DNA of 40,861 bases from positions 1 to 40,861 of IMG/VR virus record IMGVR_UViG_3300038321_000060, one strand, 5' to 3'. This document shows, piece by piece, positions 17,132 to 26,678 of this stretch. Every line of letters starts with the position of its first letter. Position 1 is the first letter of the stretch. The translations under genes were made by a program, and so were the position numbers. Source of the DNA: a virus (lineage: Duplodnaviria; Caudoviricetes). The notes beneath the pieces are model-generated. The model did no database searches. It saw only the letters and a program-made list of their open reading frames with translations, and had not been told where the DNA came from.

Positions 17132-18605
17132 CTTCGTTATCGCCTACTGGATTAAATGCTTCGCTGTATAAATCATTTATCATTTCTTCTTTTTCTTTTT
17201 TCAATCGTTCTAACTCTTGTTCAACATCAGACACCCAAGGATGCTGTGACACAATAGTTTCAGTGGAGAGAATGCCTACTGAAGTTTGACAATTATCTAT
17301 GGATTCAGATTCATTAATGAGAATGTCCCGATTAAATATTATCTCAACTTCTTCATTTTCAAAATTACCTTCCCCATTGTTGACCAAATGAACATTCACA
17401 AACCAAATTAAATCTTCAAAGGACGCCTGAAACTCCGTTTCCATACCATTAGCATCAAGATCAATATCAGAATACATACTTTGAATATTCATTTGGTTCG
17501 GTGTACCCTGCATTAGCCGGTCATCTTTAGCGTCATAACCTTTTGCATTTTCAATTAGTGCATTTTTAAAGATATGTAAAATTGTTTTATAGTTTTCAGA
17601 ATTAATTTCAACCGTTAGAGTATCGATCCCACCGTCAGCACCATCAACGGTTTTAACCTTGACCGCTCCATAAGTCGCTAAATTATGTCTAAATTCAGCA
17701 AGATTTTCACCATCATAGTTTTTAATCACTAAAATAGTATTCCTTGCATCCTCTTGCATGTTGTTTTGAAAATCAGATAACATAACGTTGATTCCATCTT
17801 GTAAGCATTTGACATGCTTAATCAAAGGTAATTCCTTGTGGTTGTATTTAAACGGGATCAGGGGAATTTTGTTCCAGGTGTAGGGTTTATCTTCAACCAA
17901 AATATAACTACTTGATGGGCTATCAACATCTTTGATTAAAGAACCTTTACTCAAAATATATCGATCGATCCCGGTTGAGGTATAGACTTCAACCTTTTCG
18001 ATAGTGACCTCTCTTTTTCCATCGTAACCTTGAACTTCATATAATCTAATCGCAAATTCAAGAACCGTATGTTCCGCATCTTTCCAAAAAGGAAGAATTT
18101 CATAGCCATCAAACCGCTTTAAACATAATTCCCCAAACTCGTTATAATAAGGGTGTAACCAACAAATTCCACAATTTAGAGCATTTTCACCGATGTTCTT
18201 TAACATTCTATGGAACTTTTTATTGAATATTTTTTGAAGTGCTACTTCATACTGTTTGTTATCGGTTCCTAATGTAATAGGTTTCCCAAGAAGATAATTT
18301 ACCTTCTGGTCAACCATTTTTGCATACTGATTATCAATTTGTTTGTTGTTCGGGAGATTGGTTACTTCTTGTAACGCCCCACCTTCACCGATTACAGTTC
18401 TTTTACGGTCTAAAATATCATGTTCACCTAAATAATAGTTCTCTCCGGTAATCATTAACTTTCGCTTAGTGGAGGTTTTCCATTTATTTATTTCGCGTTC
18501 TAAGAACTGTTTATTAGTCATTGCTTCTTTGGCGTTCATTTCAATTATTTTGTTCATCCGTTCGGTTTCCCGGTTAAAAATATTAAAACTGAACAAATTG
18601 TTCAC
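17121..18605 (-). CDS. Portal protein (SPP1 gp6 type)
   Basis: VDQKVNYLLGKP, IPLIPFK.N..E, S.ET....HPWV.D...EL.R motifs; follows terL. Confidence 0.92.
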   Translation of the reverse strand: MNNLFSFNIFNRETERMNKIIEMNAKEAMTNKQFLEREINKWKTSTKRKLMITGENYYLGEHDILDRKRTVIGEGGALQEVTNLPNNKQIDNQYAKMVDQKVNYLLGKPITLGTDNKQYEVALQKIFNKKFHRMLKNIGENALNCGICWLHPYYNEFGELCLKRFDGYEILPFWKDAEHTVLEFAIRLYEVQGYDGKREVTIEKVEVYTSTGIDRYILSKGSLIKDVDSPSSSYILVEDKPYTWNKIPLIPFKYNHKELPLIKHVKCLQDGINVMLSDFQNNMQEDARNTILVIKNYDGENLAEFRHNLATYGAVKVKTVDGADGGIDTLTVEINSENYKTILHIFKNALIENAKGYDAKDDRLMQGTPNQMNIQSMYSDIDLDANGMETEFQASFEDLIWFVNVHLVNNGEGNFENEEVEIIFNRDILINESESIDNCQTSVGILSTETIVSQHPWVSDVEQELERLKKEKEEMINDLYSEAFNPVGDNEDEE

Positions 18606-18610
18606 TCCTT

Positions 18611-20044
18611 TTACTCAAAACTGAATAAGTTACCTTGACCAATCTTTTCCGCGATCCCAGTACTTGCATCAGGTGCGTCATCATGAAGGTTCTTACCTTC
18701 TCTTTGATATTTACTCATAGCTTCATAGTATTCTGGGAATCGGTCTTTCCAATTCACCGGAAAGTAAATATGATCCATTACCCAAGTAGAATTGGAAAAT
18801 ATTCTTGCCTGTTTGTTTTTTGACTGATGAAACCAATTCATTTGAGTTTTGTTACTTTTATATTTTTCTTTAAGAATTTTTTCAACTGCTCTAGCAAAAC
18901 CCCGCCCACCGTTATTACTTTCAATATCTGAAACATTAACTTTATCCTCATATAACATTTTAGCAGTAGCCGGTTCTGTGATCTCCATCGGTTCTTTAGT
19001 GTAGAGAACATTTAAAACATATGCTTCCCCATCGTAGACCCCATAATTGATTGAACATAAATAATCATCACCCGTATCAGCAGTATCAGTATAATTCCTA
19101 ATGGAAGTAAATAATAAATTCCCGTTTTCATCCATTGGTAATTTGGTATATGTTTTAAACTTCGTGTAAAGTCTGCCTTTAATATCGATAGGTTCCTGTT
19201 GGTAGTTTGCCGAAGCAATATCAATGCCCATGGCTTTACACTTAGATTTATAAGATTTCTTTGAGAGTATTTCATCACAAAGCATAGAACCATCGTCCTG
19301 AAGTGCTTTCATTGTGATGTGTTTAACTTTCTTTCCTTCCTCTTGGTAGTGTTCCAACGCTTTCCCAGCAAGATCACCGGTTGCCCATCTGGTCATAATA
19401 ATAATAATCTTGCCGCCCTCTTCCAACCTAGACAACATGGTATTAGTGAACCAATTCCAATGCTTTTCTAAGACATCAGCGTTATAGGCTTCTTCTGCGT
19501 TTTTAATCAGGTCATCAATAATCATTATCGAACAACCGAAGCCTGTAGCTGTCCCACTGGGTGAGGTTGCAAGGTAATTGTTATAACCACCTTCCAAACT
19601 CCAAAGATTCATGGCGCCATCGCCTTGTTTGATCTTCACTCCCGGAAATACATCAGAATAAACGGGTTTATTTGGATTGGCTTTAAGTTCTTGAATATTA
19701 TTCCTAACATTTTTTGAAAATACGGTGGATAATGTTTCATTATATGAACCAGTCATTATCTTCTCACTTTGATCTTTACCCAAGATCCATTCCACAAATA
19801 ACCCGGCAGTTCTTGACTTCCCATGTCTTGGTGGGAGGTTTACGATCAAAACTTCATCATCCGATTCATAAAATTCTTGAAGTTCATTGCAAAAGTTAAC
19901 TAAATATTGTCTATCAGGTTTATAAAAATCAGGTGCTTTAAGGTTGCAATAAAAAAAGAACTCACGTCTCGCATCAAATATCGCTTGTTCTAATTCTAAT
20001 TCTTTAAGCCTATATAATTTTTTATATTCAATCACTGTTTGCAT
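18611..20044 (-). CDS. terL: Terminase large subunit
   Basis: Walker A PPRHGKS, Walker B IIDD, MTRW coupling motif, nuclease DTA...D and HDDAPD. Confidence 0.95.
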   Translation of the reverse strand: MQTVIEYKKLYRLKELELEQAIFDARREFFFYCNLKAPDFYKPDRQYLVNFCNELQEFYESDDEVLIVNLPPRHGKSRTAGLFVEWILGKDQSEKIMTGSYNETLSTVFSKNVRNNIQELKANPNKPVYSDVFPGVKIKQGDGAMNLWSLEGGYNNYLATSPSGTATGFGCSIMIIDDLIKNAEEAYNADVLEKHWNWFTNTMLSRLEEGGKIIIIMTRWATGDLAGKALEHYQEEGKKVKHITMKALQDDGSMLCDEILSKKSYKSKCKAMGIDIASANYQQEPIDIKGRLYTKFKTYTKLPMDENGNLLFTSIRNYTDTADTGDDYLCSINYGVYDGEAYVLNVLYTKEPMEITEPATAKMLYEDKVNVSDIESNNGGRGFARAVEKILKEKYKSNKTQMNWFHQSKNKQARIFSNSTWVMDHIYFPVNWKDRFPEYYEAMSKYQREGKNLHDDAPDASTGIAEKIGQGNLFSFE

Positions 20045-20552
20045 TGTTATTCAACCCTAGCTCTTGTCTAAGTTTTTTAATTTCCTCTTTTCTTTCTTCA
20101 TCGGTCATGTTTTTATTGGTAATTTCACCACTTAAACCAATATCTTTTCTATCTCTCCACATATCAGGTTTACGATTCTTTAACCAAAATATTTGAGCAG
20201 TTACATCTGGTTGAACTTCTTTTGTAACTTGTTTTGTAACCTCCATATGTGAACCAGTAACTTCACCTGTTTTTTGGTCATAGTCAATGACGTTTTCTTT
20301 AGTTGTTTCAGTGAATTCATACCCCAAAGCGCGTTTTAACAGTGCGTTCTCAACTTGAACGTCAACTACTTCTTTTCCTCTTTTTAAGGCCTCCGAAATC
20401 TCCGAATACTTCTTTTTCCATTCATATAATGTCGATGTTCTAATTCCTATATTTTTAGAAAGTTGTTCGTCCGTTAACCCATCTCTTGCCCATGCTTCCA
20501 GCTTCAGCAAACCTTCGCTGGTAAGCCAATCATGATATTTTCCCCTTGCCAT
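20028..20552 (-). CDS. terS: Terminase small subunit
   Basis: WARDGLTDEQ HTH, VENALLKRALG, PDVTAQIFWLKNRKP..WRD; start ATG 20552 after AAAGGAG. Confidence 0.9.
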   Translation of the reverse strand: MARGKYHDWLTSEGLLKLEAWARDGLTDEQLSKNIGIRTSTLYEWKKKYSEISEALKRGKEVVDVQVENALLKRALGYEFTETTKENVIDYDQKTGEVTGSHMEVTKQVTKEVQPDVTAQIFWLKNRKPDMWRDRKDIGLSGEITNKNMTDEERKEEIKKLRQELGLNNNANSD

Positions 20553-20572
20553 TGAAGGTTCACTCCTTTCAT

Positions 20573-20626
20573 TAAAAAGTGAAAAGAGACCATTCAGGCA
20601 GAAGGTAAACCCGAATGATCTCTTTC
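20573..20626 (-). terminator. Long hairpin/terminator upstream of terS
   Basis: About 16-bp stem AAAGAGAUCAUUCGGG/CCUGAAUGGUCUCUUU followed by U-rich tract. Confidence 0.55.
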
Positions 20627-20685
20627 CATAACACAACATTTGAGACTCTTGGAGTACTTACCAATCCTATTTAGGACTGATAAAC

Positions 20686-21354
20686 TTAACACTTTCTAAC
20701 TTGTTTTGTTTTATAACCTAAAATACTTTCATAATGTTTCTTTTCCCTCATTGAGAAGTTGCCCGGTATTATTCCATGATTCTCTTCTCTAAATTTTTGT
20801 TTTTTCTTATGTATAGCGATAACGGCATCAACAATCCTTGAAGGGTTCTTTTCAATATATTTTGTCGGTATTCTCACTATTTCCCAATCTGAACCTAAAA
20901 TATTTCTAATGTCTATGTCCCGATTGCTATCATATAACTCTTTACCTTTGTGTAAATGTCCATCGACTTCTACACAACTTTTTAATTCCGGAACATAAAA
21001 ATCAACTCGGTATTTATCAATTGAATAATTTGGATAATACTCATACAACAAATTTTCTAAAATGATAGCGGTTATAACTTCATGAGAACTAAATAATTTA
21101 ATTTCTTCTTTCATAATTTTTTTAAAAACCATCTTAGCCGCTTCAAAATAATCATTCATATACGTTCCACACTTCTCCATAATTCTTAACGCTGTTTCAT
21201 ACATAATGATGGTTTTTAATTCAATATAATCTTTTACAATAGATTTATGATTTTCTCTATGTTCTTGTTCACATCTTTCACAAAATACCCTTTCAATTGG
21301 TTCAACGCTTAGTTCAATTTCCTGATCACAATGCCAGCACTTATAAAAAAGCAT
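20686..21354 (-). CDS. Zn-finger plus DUF559/Vsr-like PD-(D/E)XK endonuclease
   Basis: CxxC...CxxC N-terminus; YRVDFY....VEVDG..H...D..RD...W.IVRI motif. Confidence 0.7.
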   Translation of the reverse strand: MLFYKCWHCDQEIELSVEPIERVFCERCEQEHRENHKSIVKDYIELKTIIMYETALRIMEKCGTYMNDYFEAAKMVFKKIMKEEIKLFSSHEVITAIILENLLYEYYPNYSIDKYRVDFYVPELKSCVEVDGHLHKGKELYDSNRDIDIRNILGSDWEIVRIPTKYIEKNPSRIVDAVIAIHKKKQKFREENHGIIPGNFSMREKKHYESILGYKTKQVRKC

Positions 21355-21399
21355 AATATGCCCTCCCATTTTGGAGTTTTCTCCATGAAGCTTTGCTTC

Positions 21400-21430
21400 A
21401 TTTTAACTATATCAGATTTTAACTATCAAT
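21400..21430 (-). promoter_or_regulatory. Putative late promoter/activator-binding region
   Basis: Direct repeat ATAGTTAAAAT x2 (21400-21410, 21416-21426) immediately downstream of the ArpU/RinA-type gene, where such phages carry the late promoter. Confidence 0.45.
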
Positions 21431-21851
21431 TACAATCAAGTACTTGAACTTTTTCTTCAAAATAAATTAATGCTCTAGAATGTAACACATGAACCCACTG
21501 ATAAGTATATCCCATTTTAACCGCAATCTGCTCCCAAGTATCATAATTTAAATATCGTAAAGTTAAAAGTAGTCGGTACTCATCATTAGATATTGAATCA
21601 ATTTCACGTGTTATTTTTTGTTTTAGATCCATTAACTTTTGTATATCATTGTTAATTTCATTTTCAAGTTCGATAATTTTTGAAATTGTGTTTCCTAGTT
21701 TATCATGTGATCCGGATGATCTAATTTTATCATCGCTCAAATTAGTTGTTACATTCGTTAACATAGATCGCAATCTTACAATTTGTTCAAATTTTGCATT
21801 AACTATACTGTCTAACCGCCTTAATTGTCTTAAATATTGTTTTGCGTTCAT
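21426..21851 (-). CDS. Late transcription activator (ArpU/RinA/DUF1492-like)
   Basis: MNAKQYL...; LLTLRYL...TWEQIAVKMGY....V..LH.RAL sigma-4-like HTH; start ATG 21851 after AGGAGG. Confidence 0.85.
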   Translation of the reverse strand: MNAKQYLRQLRRLDSIVNAKFEQIVRLRSMLTNVTTNLSDDKIRSSGSHDKLGNTISKIIELENEINNDIQKLMDLKQKITREIDSISNDEYRLLLTLRYLNYDTWEQIAVKMGYTYQWVHVLHSRALIYFEEKVQVLDCN

Positions 21852-21870
21852 TTTATCCCTCCTAAAATAG

Positions 21871-22243
21871 ATCTTGAACCGCATCAAACTCAATACTGGT
21901 GCGGGTTTATACGATCGATTTCGTTCACCGGTTCAAGATGGTTCAAGATCTAAAGGGAGATCTTGAACCGCATCAAACCTTACTCCCGTAAGGGTTTACG
22001 TGCTACCGGTTCAAGATGGTTCAAGATCTTTGCCCCCTATATAGATCATTTTTATATAGTATATATAAGATCATAATTAAGTATTTTATATAATATATAA
22101 AGAAGTGAGAAACATCTTGACCATCTTGAACCGACAAGGTGCAAACCTTTACCATTACTAGGTTACAACCGGTTCAAGATCTATTAGGACATCTTGAACC
22201 GATCTTGAACTTTCCAGTAATGACGCGGGTTACATCTTGAACC
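21871..22243. repeat. Iteron array A (GGTTCAAGAT/ATCTTGAACC) around an AT-rich core; putative replication origin
   Basis: 10 perfect and 2 variant copies in both orientations; AT-rich core about 22038-22105. Confidence 0.8.
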
Positions 22244-22251
22244 GCTAGTTT

Positions 22252-22386
22252 TTACCATATTTTTTCATAGTCCTGACACCTAAAACAAAATGTTTCATCA
22301 GTTATAAATTTTTTACGAAAATAACAATACAGTCTTATCGCATTACTTTTATCTTTTCTGGTTGTTCGGTGCATACAAGGTTTCAT
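22252..22386 (-). CDS. Small Cys-containing hypothetical protein (44 aa)
   Basis: Hand translation MKPCMHRTT...YCYFRKK...FCFRCQDYEKIW; RBS GGGGAG. Confidence 0.55.
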   Translation of the reverse strand: MKPCMHRTTRKDKSNAIRLYCYFRKKFITDETFCFRCQDYEKIW

Positions 22387-22390
22387 TCGA

Positions 22391-22507
22391 TCAACTCCCC
22401 GAACTATTTAGTTTAGCTAACTGAACTAAATAGTTTAAAAAAATAACTGCTCCCATCGGATTACAAACCATCAAAATATAACTTAAAAACAGATCAAAGT
22501 ATCTCAT
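22391..22507 (-). CDS. Small hydrophobic peptide (38 aa)
   Basis: Hand translation MRYFDLFLSYILMVCNPMGAVIFLNYLVQLAKLNSSGS; fills the gap; weak RBS. Confidence 0.35.
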   Translation of the reverse strand: MRYFDLFLSYILMVCNPMGAVIFLNYLVQLAKLNSSGS

Positions 22508-22541
22508 CCTATCTCACACCCTTCCTTCAACTTCCTGAACT

Positions 22542-22694
22542 TTATAAGGAAAATAATAACTTCCAAAAAATTGCTATGAGTATCAAAAATATAGCTCCAT
22601 CTGTTTCGTTACTTTGATATTTTTCCCATGCAATAAGATTAAATATTATAGAAACAAGGTTATCTAATAGAAAAGTAATAACATCTTTCATCAT
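22542..22694 (-). CDS. Small two-helix membrane protein (50 aa)
   Basis: Hand translation MMKDVITFLLDNLVSIIFNLIAW...AIFLILIAIFWKLLFSL; ATGA overlap, RBS AAGGAG. Confidence 0.55.
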   Translation of the reverse strand: MMKDVITFLLDNLVSIIFNLIAWEKYQSNETDGAIFLILIAIFWKLLFSL

Positions 22695-22903
22695 CTAAAC
22701 TCCTTCCCTGTTTTTCGATCTCTTAAAACAATTCTCTCGACCAACTCAAAGTTCGCAAACTTTATAATAACTTTTAGAACTTTTATAACTTCTGAAACTT
22801 TTGCTAAAAGTTCTTTTTCTTCTTTTGAAACTTTTTGAACTGCCGCGTAAGCTGTAGGATCTTTGCATCCGCTTGCATTTAGTTTTGGATTAAAGTTTCC
22901 CAT
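22691..22903 (-). CDS. Conserved phage hypothetical protein
   Basis: N.SG..DPTAY.A...FEL.ERI.L.D.KTGKEFR pattern familiar from Clostridia phages. Confidence 0.75.
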   Translation of the reverse strand: MGNFNPKLNASGCKDPTAYAAVQKVSKEEKELLAKVSEVIKVLKVIIKFANFELVERIVLRDRKTGKEFR

Positions 22904-23075
22904 TTAATCCTCTCCCACAATCCAAGTAATTTTTAGTTTCACTTTTAACTTTCTGTTCCCACTCTGGGTCATCACTCCACGCCCAACAATGATTAGTTTT
23001 ACCGATCATTTTGTTTAATACTTTGCAAGATTTCCCGCTGGGAGTTTTCTTTTGGCAAGTGTCACAAGTTTTCAT
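22890..23075 (-). CDS. Small Cys-rich hypothetical protein
   Basis: ORF track; RBS GGAGG; coupled overlaps. Confidence 0.6.
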   Translation of the reverse strand: MKTCDTCQKKTPSGKSCKVLNKMIGKTNHCWAWSDDPEWEQKVKSETKNYLDCGRGLNGKL

Positions 23076-23408
23076 CAGTCAGTTACCTCCGCTCGATAAA
23101 TTGAATTTTCCACTTTAAACCCATCTGGATAACGATTTTTTAATTTTTCAATGTTTCGGATCAGAACCGTTTCTAAATCAGCATTTAGCGCCTTTGGCTA
23201 AAATTGCTATATACCAACAAACATCTCCTAATTCAATAATAAGTTTATTAACATCTAACTCATGCCCTTGAAAACAATGTTTCTTAATAAGATCTACAAC
23301 TTCCCCGGCTTCCCCACATAAACCCAATGCTCCATTTACTAATAAGTCAAGGATCGTTTGATAATCAGACGTTCTCAACGCTAACCGCCGATATTCGTTA
23401 ATTTCCAT
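23075..23408 (-). pseudogene. mazG: MazG-like NTP pyrophosphohydrolase with a 1-bp frameshift near 23192
   Basis: LGLCGEAGEVVDLIKK..ELGDVCWY; the C-terminus ALNADLETVLIRNIEKLKNRYPDGF..NSIYR is in the +1 frame; span is 334 nt (3n+1). Confidence 0.8.
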
Positions 23409-23694
23409 GTTCAATTCTCCTTTCTACCAATTCCATAATGCAATAATTAGCAAGATCTTTTAATGTATCTTCAATAGATTCATCTTTAACTTTGGGATCT
23501 GTCCCGGTGAGTAAGGTTTTTAACCGCTGGTATTTGTCATAGATGCGGATTAATATTGAGTTTGGGAGTTCTTTGCGTAATATTGCAAAAGAATCCCCAT
23601 AATCATGGTTTTTCTTTTCGTAAATAGAATTTAATTCAGTGCAAATTTCTTGATGTACTTGCACTTTATTGAACTCAAAACTATCCATCTTCAC
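23398..23694 (-). CDS. DUF1599 (nucleotide-modification-associated domain 1) protein
   Basis: YEKKNHDYGDSF, RI.DK..RL, ESIEDTL.DLANYCIM motifs. Confidence 0.85.
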   Translation of the reverse strand: MKMDSFEFNKVQVHQEICTELNSIYEKKNHDYGDSFAILRKELPNSILIRIYDKYQRLKTLLTGTDPKVKDESIEDTLKDLANYCIMELVERRIEHGN

Positions 23695-23912
23695 TCCCCC
23701 CTTCTAAATAATTTTTTATACCAAGGAACGTAAGGTTTTAAAATATGCCTACTCATAGTTACAGGATAATCAACTTCTTTACATTCAATAGCAAGATCGC
23801 TATTAGGTATTTCAAAAATATCTCCTATTCGTGGTGGTCTTGTTTCTCCGGTTCTAATAAAAGTTTTATTCCTGGTACGTTTGAAGCAGTTATGTCCTTT
23901 AATTTTTTTCAC
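23691..23912 (-). CDS. Hypothetical protein
   Basis: ORF track; RBS GGGGTG; coupled to next gene. Confidence 0.55.
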   Translation of the reverse strand: MKKIKGHNCFKRTRNKTFIRTGETRPPRIGDIFEIPNSDLAIECKEVDYPVTMSRHILKPYVPWYKKLFRRGE

Positions 23913-23916
23913 TGTC

Positions 23917-25788
23917 TCACCCCCTCACAAACACTCTATATTTTTTTCCATCGATCTTCCGATCAACAATATCAAAACCAAATTTCGCTTTAACCTGTTT
24001 CGAAAACTCAATGTTAGATAGTGCTTGCAGATTATTCTCGGAACAATACACTTGATAGCGTTTGTAAATGTCCCTGGTTGGTTCGTTCTCCACCTCCTCC
24101 AAAGTGATTTCTTGGAGGAACCCCAATATTGGATTATTTGATTCTTCATATTCTGTCAACTCTTTAATCACCCGATCAGATGTGGTAAACTGTTGATTTT
24201 TAAGTACTCTTGCCAATCCCTCCAATCCAATTTTAATTAGGTATTCCATACATTCTTGATCCCTTAATTTGTATTTGATATAAGGATCGAAGTCTGGATC
24301 TTCAGCAGTAAATCTTGCATCGAATGGTATAATGACTAACCTCCGCTGTACCGCCCCAGTCTTGTCTTTCATTCGCGGAATGTTGTTTGCTGAAAAAAGC
24401 ATCTTGGAATAGTTGTTAAACTCAAAGGGATCTTGACCTTTTCTTTCAACTGATAACCGTTCGCCGGTCACTAGCTTCCTAAATACCGCCGCATTTGGAA
24501 TAAACTCATCCCCGATGTCATCGCCGATATTGGCTAACTTTCCAAACAGTTCAGCGGTTTTGAACCGGTCACCTAGTTCCCCAAGGTCTAATGATGCAAT
24601 GTTTTCATCACCCAACATACTCTTGACCATGTCAAGAAAGGTTGATTTACCATTACTTTGATCACCAATAAGAATGAATGCTTTCCCAAGCTCATTTCTG
24701 CGGTACAAACAATACCCAACGGCCTCTTCAAGGAGTTGTCTTATTTGCTTATCACCACAAGCAATTTTATTTAAAGTCTTATCAACCAGCTCCGAATAGG
24801 CTTCCGGGTTGTAATCCCATTTGATTTTGTTAGTGATGATGGTTTCCGGTGAAAATGGTAATATGGTGTCATTGACGAGATCATAAATACCATTTTTAAA
24901 GGCTATTAGGTTAGCATCTGATGCTGGGGTATTTTCCAATACAAGAAGATTTAAATAGGATAAAACCTCCGTCCGTTTGGCCCGGTTGAGGTTAGGAATA
25001 TGTTTGATCATCTCTGCTTCGATCATTTGTAAACTATCAACATAGATACCATCCTTGTAAATGTGGAGTTGGTTGTTTATCCGAATAATACGGTTATTAT
25101 TTTTTATGTAGGTTGCAAATTTATCAAATAAAAATGATGTTCCCTTAAAAAATATTGGTTTCTTAAATGCGTCATCGCGGAGAACTGTTTCAAGTTCAGA
25201 TTTTTTTAATGGGACCTTTAAAATATAGTCATTAATTAACCGGATGGTCTCCCTTGCTTCCTCAACCGTAAAATCGTTTGATTGTAGAGTGAGGATGTAA
25301 TTAAAAAGTGCTTGGTTCCTACCATCCCCCGGTTCCATATCAAGAAATTCAAAGGACGACTTGACCGGGGTTAGCCATTTGGGAACTTCCTGATATTCTT
25401 TAGAATCGTACAGAATTGGTCTTACTTGGTTATCGTATTTAAGTATTGAATATGAGTTCCGGGAACCAAGTTTAATGTCTGCTGTAAGTCCAATGGCAAG
25501 TTTACATCCTGTACGGTTAGTTTTTATACCATTATTTTTAAATAAGAAATGTTTTCCCCTGCTCGTTTTATATACCCGGCATTTTAAGTTAAGTTCTTGA
25601 ACTATTTTATAAATAAGTTCACTAATTTCTAAATCGTCAATATCGATTAGTATGGTATCTTTTGCAAGGATTCCGGCGAATTCGGGAAGATGTTGAACCT
25701 GCTTGAAGGTCTTTAAGTCTGTTCTGTCTTTGAATTTTTCAATGCACTTTTTGTTTTTTGATTCAACGTAACCCCTGAATAACTGCAT
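23917..25788 (-). CDS. P4-family primase-helicase (Prim-Pol-like N-domain, PriCT-like region, D5_N, SF3 helicase)
   Basis: DIDD, T.RGKHF, GDGRNQ.LF, FKNG, Walker A GDQSNGKST, LANIGDD, FSAN, RRLVIIPF. Confidence 0.9.
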   Translation of the reverse strand: MQLFRGYVESKNKKCIEKFKDRTDLKTFKQVQHLPEFAGILAKDTILIDIDDLEISELIYKIVQELNLKCRVYKTSRGKHFLFKNNGIKTNRTGCKLAIGLTADIKLGSRNSYSILKYDNQVRPILYDSKEYQEVPKWLTPVKSSFEFLDMEPGDGRNQALFNYILTLQSNDFTVEEARETIRLINDYILKVPLKKSELETVLRDDAFKKPIFFKGTSFLFDKFATYIKNNNRIIRINNQLHIYKDGIYVDSLQMIEAEMIKHIPNLNRAKRTEVLSYLNLLVLENTPASDANLIAFKNGIYDLVNDTILPFSPETIITNKIKWDYNPEAYSELVDKTLNKIACGDKQIRQLLEEAVGYCLYRRNELGKAFILIGDQSNGKSTFLDMVKSMLGDENIASLDLGELGDRFKTAELFGKLANIGDDIGDEFIPNAAVFRKLVTGERLSVERKGQDPFEFNNYSKMLFSANNIPRMKDKTGAVQRRLVIIPFDARFTAEDPDFDPYIKYKLRDQECMEYLIKIGLEGLARVLKNQQFTTSDRVIKELTEYEESNNPILGFLQEITLEEVENEPTRDIYKRYQVYCSENNLQALSNIEFSKQVKAKFGFDIVDRKIDGKKYRVFVRG

Positions 25789-25824
25789 CTCGTTTTCCCC
25801 CTTCAAGTTAAGAAACCTGAACTT

Positions 25825-26364
25825 CTAAGTTAAAAAAATATCGGATTTAACCTCATTGCCCCAAACATCCCAGCCGGGAGAGAATTCCCTTGCAAATAAT
25901 TCCACCCGTGGGAGGTTGCCAAACAATTCAACAATATTATTTCTCACAATGTCTGGTTTCTTAGAGTGTTCTTCCTTCGGTGCTATAAGAACCGATGATA
26001 TTTTATTCGATATTGGTTTCATTTTTCCCTTGATCCCCAGTAAGCAAACTTCGCAATTTGATTTGGTATAATATCCGATCCCAAAGAATGGAGTTCTGCT
26101 TTTAGAATTTGTTTTTATCCAACTAAATCCTAGTGTTTTATATTTAAATCCCCAAGATTCCATTACTCGCAATCCTTCCGGTAGATTCGGAAATGTAACC
26201 CAAAGAAATAACGCTGCATTGTCATTAGTTATCTTTTTGACCGGGAGATTACAAATATCTTGAAGTTTCATGGTTGGGTAATGATCTTTTGCCCCACCTT
26301 GACCCTTTCTTCTATCTCTATATGCCCACGGTGGATCAGCGTAAATAATGGTATATTTTTTCAT
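25825..26364 (-). CDS. MT-A70 family N6-adenine DNA methyltransferase
   Basis: IIYADPPW, LFLWVT, WGF.YKT..F.WIK, HSKKP, ELFAR, GWDVWGNE. Confidence 0.92.
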   Translation of the reverse strand: MKKYTIIYADPPWAYRDRRKGQGGAKDHYPTMKLQDICNLPVKKITNDNAALFLWVTFPNLPEGLRVMESWGFKYKTLGFSWIKTNSKSRTPFFGIGYYTKSNCEVCLLGIKGKMKPISNKISSVLIAPKEEHSKKPDIVRNNIVELFGNLPRVELFAREFSPGWDVWGNEVKSDIFLT

Positions 26365-26678
26365 TCCCCCAAGATCCTCCTGTATTCGATAGGTTGACGA
26401 ATTTTTATAGCATCTTCGATTCCTATTTTCATTCCGTCAGTTATCCCATAATCTACATATACCGCTCTTAGATCTGCTTTTCTCCCCCACTCTAACCCGG
26501 CGGTTATTCCGATGTTTCGTTGTTCCAGAACACGATCATCTAACACTAGTGGGTAAAGTAAATGGGATAAATATGGTGCTTCACCACGTTTCAAGCTGTC
26601 CGCTAAACATAATTGCGCATATTTTATATTACGTACTAAATCACCAGCATAAGGTGATTCAATTACTACTTTAAACAT
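26361..26678 (-). CDS. Nucleoside deoxyribosyltransferase-like fold protein (DUF4406/DUF7768-like)
   Basis: ESPYAGD..RN..YA, AP..SHLLY, GITDGM..GI..A motifs. Confidence 0.65.
   Translation of the reverse strand: MFKVVIESPYAGDLVRNIKYAQLCLADSLKRGEAPYLSHLLYPLVLDDRVLEQRNIGITAGLEWGRKADLRAVYVDYGITDGMKIGIEDAIKIRQPIEYRRILGE

Noticed and set aside
21871-22243. CRISPR array interpretation of the repeat clusters (also 37523-37844)
   Set aside because: Repeats are only 10 bp, occur in both orientations with irregular spacing, and no cas operon is present.
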